Positions 61,983 through 64,000 of a stretch of DNA of 64,000 nt are shown one piece after another. Where the stretch lies: positions 186,001-250,000 of the forward strand of contig JAWMAR010001515.1 in assembly GCA_036785375.1 (NCBI GenBank), given 5' to 3'. A program made the translations under genes and the position numbers. Source of the stretch: Leucoraja ocellata. Lineage: Eukaryota. The notes beneath the pieces are model-generated. The model saw only the letters and a list, made by a program, of their open reading frames with translations. It searched no databases and was not told where the DNA came from. How positions within the stretch are numbered: position 1 is the first letter of the stretch; each line of letters starts with the position of its first letter.

Positions 61983-64000
61983 TTGATCATACACTGAATA
62001 ATCCAACCACATTATTGTGGAAAATGGAAAGAAATAATAGAAATGTCATTCATTGCAATGTGTAAAAAGAGTTGAGATACTATACATACTGTATTATAAT
62101 TTTGCTGCATTGTGGTATATATCATGCCTTGATTGGTGAGTATGTTTAGTTTGTGACTTTATTTGAAGCAGAAATAATATGTGAATGCTTCAGTGAGCAT
62201 AATTCCCACTGGTAACTACGCACTCCGTCTGATCACATTATCGCACACATTATGCAAGCCATCTTAAATGACCACCTAAACTATCATTTGGCAACCTAAA
62301 AAGCTGCCTATGTTGCCCGGCTGGAATCAAGAGGGAAAAAAACTTAAGTGAGAGACCATAATATGATGTTTAAATCTACAATTTGAGAGGGAGAAGGGTA
62401 AATCGGAGGTGTCAGTATTACAATTGAACAAAGGGGTCTATGGAGCCTTGAGAGGAGCTGGCCAAGGTTGACTGGAAAGATACCCTAGCAGGGATGACAG
62501 TGGAACAACAATGGCAGATATTTCAGGGAATAAGTTTCAAGATTCAAGATTCAAGATAGATTTAATTGTCACATGTGCCAGATGGCACAGTGAAATGAAT
62601 TCCCATTCAGCCATACAATAAAAATAAACAGGACTTAACACACTATAGAATTTAACACAAAACATCCCCACACAGCAGAATCAAAGTTTCCCACTGTGTG
62701 GGAAGGCACCAAAGTCAGTCTTCTTCCTCCACTGTTCCCCGTGGTCAGGGCCTCCCCAAGCCCTCCGCAGTTGCAGGTACAGGAATAATACAGAAGGTGC
62801 AGGATCAGTTCATTCCAAATAGGAAGAAAGATTCTAAGGGAAGTAAGGGGTGACCGTGGCTGACAAGGGAAGTCAGGGATAGTATAAAAATAAAAGAGAA
62901 GAAGTACAACATAGCAAAGATGAGCGGGAAGCCAAAGGATTGGGTAATGTTTAAAGTGCAACAGAAGATAACTATAAAGGCAATACGGGGAGAAAAGATG
63001 AGGTACAAAGGTAAGCTAGCCAAGAATATAAAGGAAGATAGTAAAAGCTTCTTTAGGTATGCGAAGAGAAAAAAATTAGTTAAGACCAAAGTTGGACCCT
63101 TGAAGACTGAAAAGTGTAAATTTATTATGGGGAACAAGGAAATGGCAGATGAGTTGAACAGGTATTTTGGATCCGTCTTCACTAAGGAGGACACAAACAA
63201 TCTTCCTGATGTACTAGTGGCCAGACGATCTGGGGTGCGGAGGAACTGAATGAAATCCACATTAGGCAGGAAATGGTGCTGGGTGGACTGATAGAACTGA
63301 AGGCTGATAAATCCCATGGGCCTGATGGTTTGCATCCCAGGGTACTTAAGCAAATGGCTCTAGAAATCGTGGACCCCAAGAAAGGGAGTTTGTGGAGTGC
63401 CTCCCTGATGGATTCTTAGAGCAGCTTGTATTGGAGCCTACCAGGTGATCATTTTCTAATGTTCTATAGATTCAGGATCAATTCCTGTGGATTTGAGGTT
63501 AGCTATTGTTATCCCACCTTTTAAGAAAGACGGGAGAGAGAAAACAGGGAATTATAGACCAGTTAGCCTGACATCGGTGGTAGGGAAGATGCTGGAGTCA
63601 ATTATAAAAGATGAAATAGCCGCACATTTGGAAAGCAGTAACAGGATCGGTCCAAGTCAGCATGAATTTACGAAGGGGAATTCATGCTTGACTAATCTTT
63701 TGGAAACTTTTGAGGATGTAACTAGGAAAATGGACGAGGGAGAGTCAGTGGATGTAGTGTACCTGGACTTTCAGAAAACGTTTGATAAGGTCCCACATAG
63801 GAGATTAGTAGGCAAAATGAGGGCACATGGTATTGGGGTGGAGTGCTGACATGGATAGAACTGTGAGGAGGATGTTATGAGGATGCAGGGTGACTTGGAC
63901 AGGTTGGGTGAGTGGGCAGTTGCATGGCAGATGCAGTTTAATGTGAATAAATGTGATGTTATCCACATTGGTGGCCAAAACAGAAAGGAAGATTATTATC

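Larger units (their letters stand above)
60790..64000 (+). mobile_element. CR1 LINE (endonuclease to RT), fragmented by nested insertions
   Basis: gtgggaattacagagacatgg (VGITETW), RKDRQVGRGGGVAL, KSFFRYAKRKK, LNRYFGSVFTKED, NYRPVSLTSVVGKMLE, YLDFQKTFDKVPH. Confidence 0.85.

Overview
Eukaryotic, repeat-rich vertebrate DNA, most likely from a cartilaginous fish (skate/ray-like; inferred from HE1/V-SINE-like SINEs plus abundant CR1, Rex1/Babar and Penelope-like elements). The only host gene I can support is FRK (fyn-related kinase) on the minus strand. Seven coding exons (SH2 and kinase domain through the stop codon, 50693 to 17310) splice in frame with GT-AG boundaries; the SH3-containing first exon appears to lie beyond the window end. 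Most of the rest is transposon debris: CR1, Rex1/Babar, L1 and Penelope-like retroelements, a Gypsy remnant, a decayed hAT transposase, PIF/Harbinger-like MITEs and a non-autonomous Helitron. Most notable: (1) the Helitron in FRK intron 5 holds two diverged modules, each a TATA/Inr promoter-like head followed by a tandem array (51-bp and 45-bp units); (2) many Penelope-derived minimal hammerhead ribozyme motifs, several inside short TSD-flanked or fold-back non-autonomous units; (3) a 3.55-kb Harbinger-like composite element that splits a SINE. TE boundaries and family names were assigned by eye and are approximate unless a TSD/TIR is quoted. There is a 180-N gap at 7379-7558.
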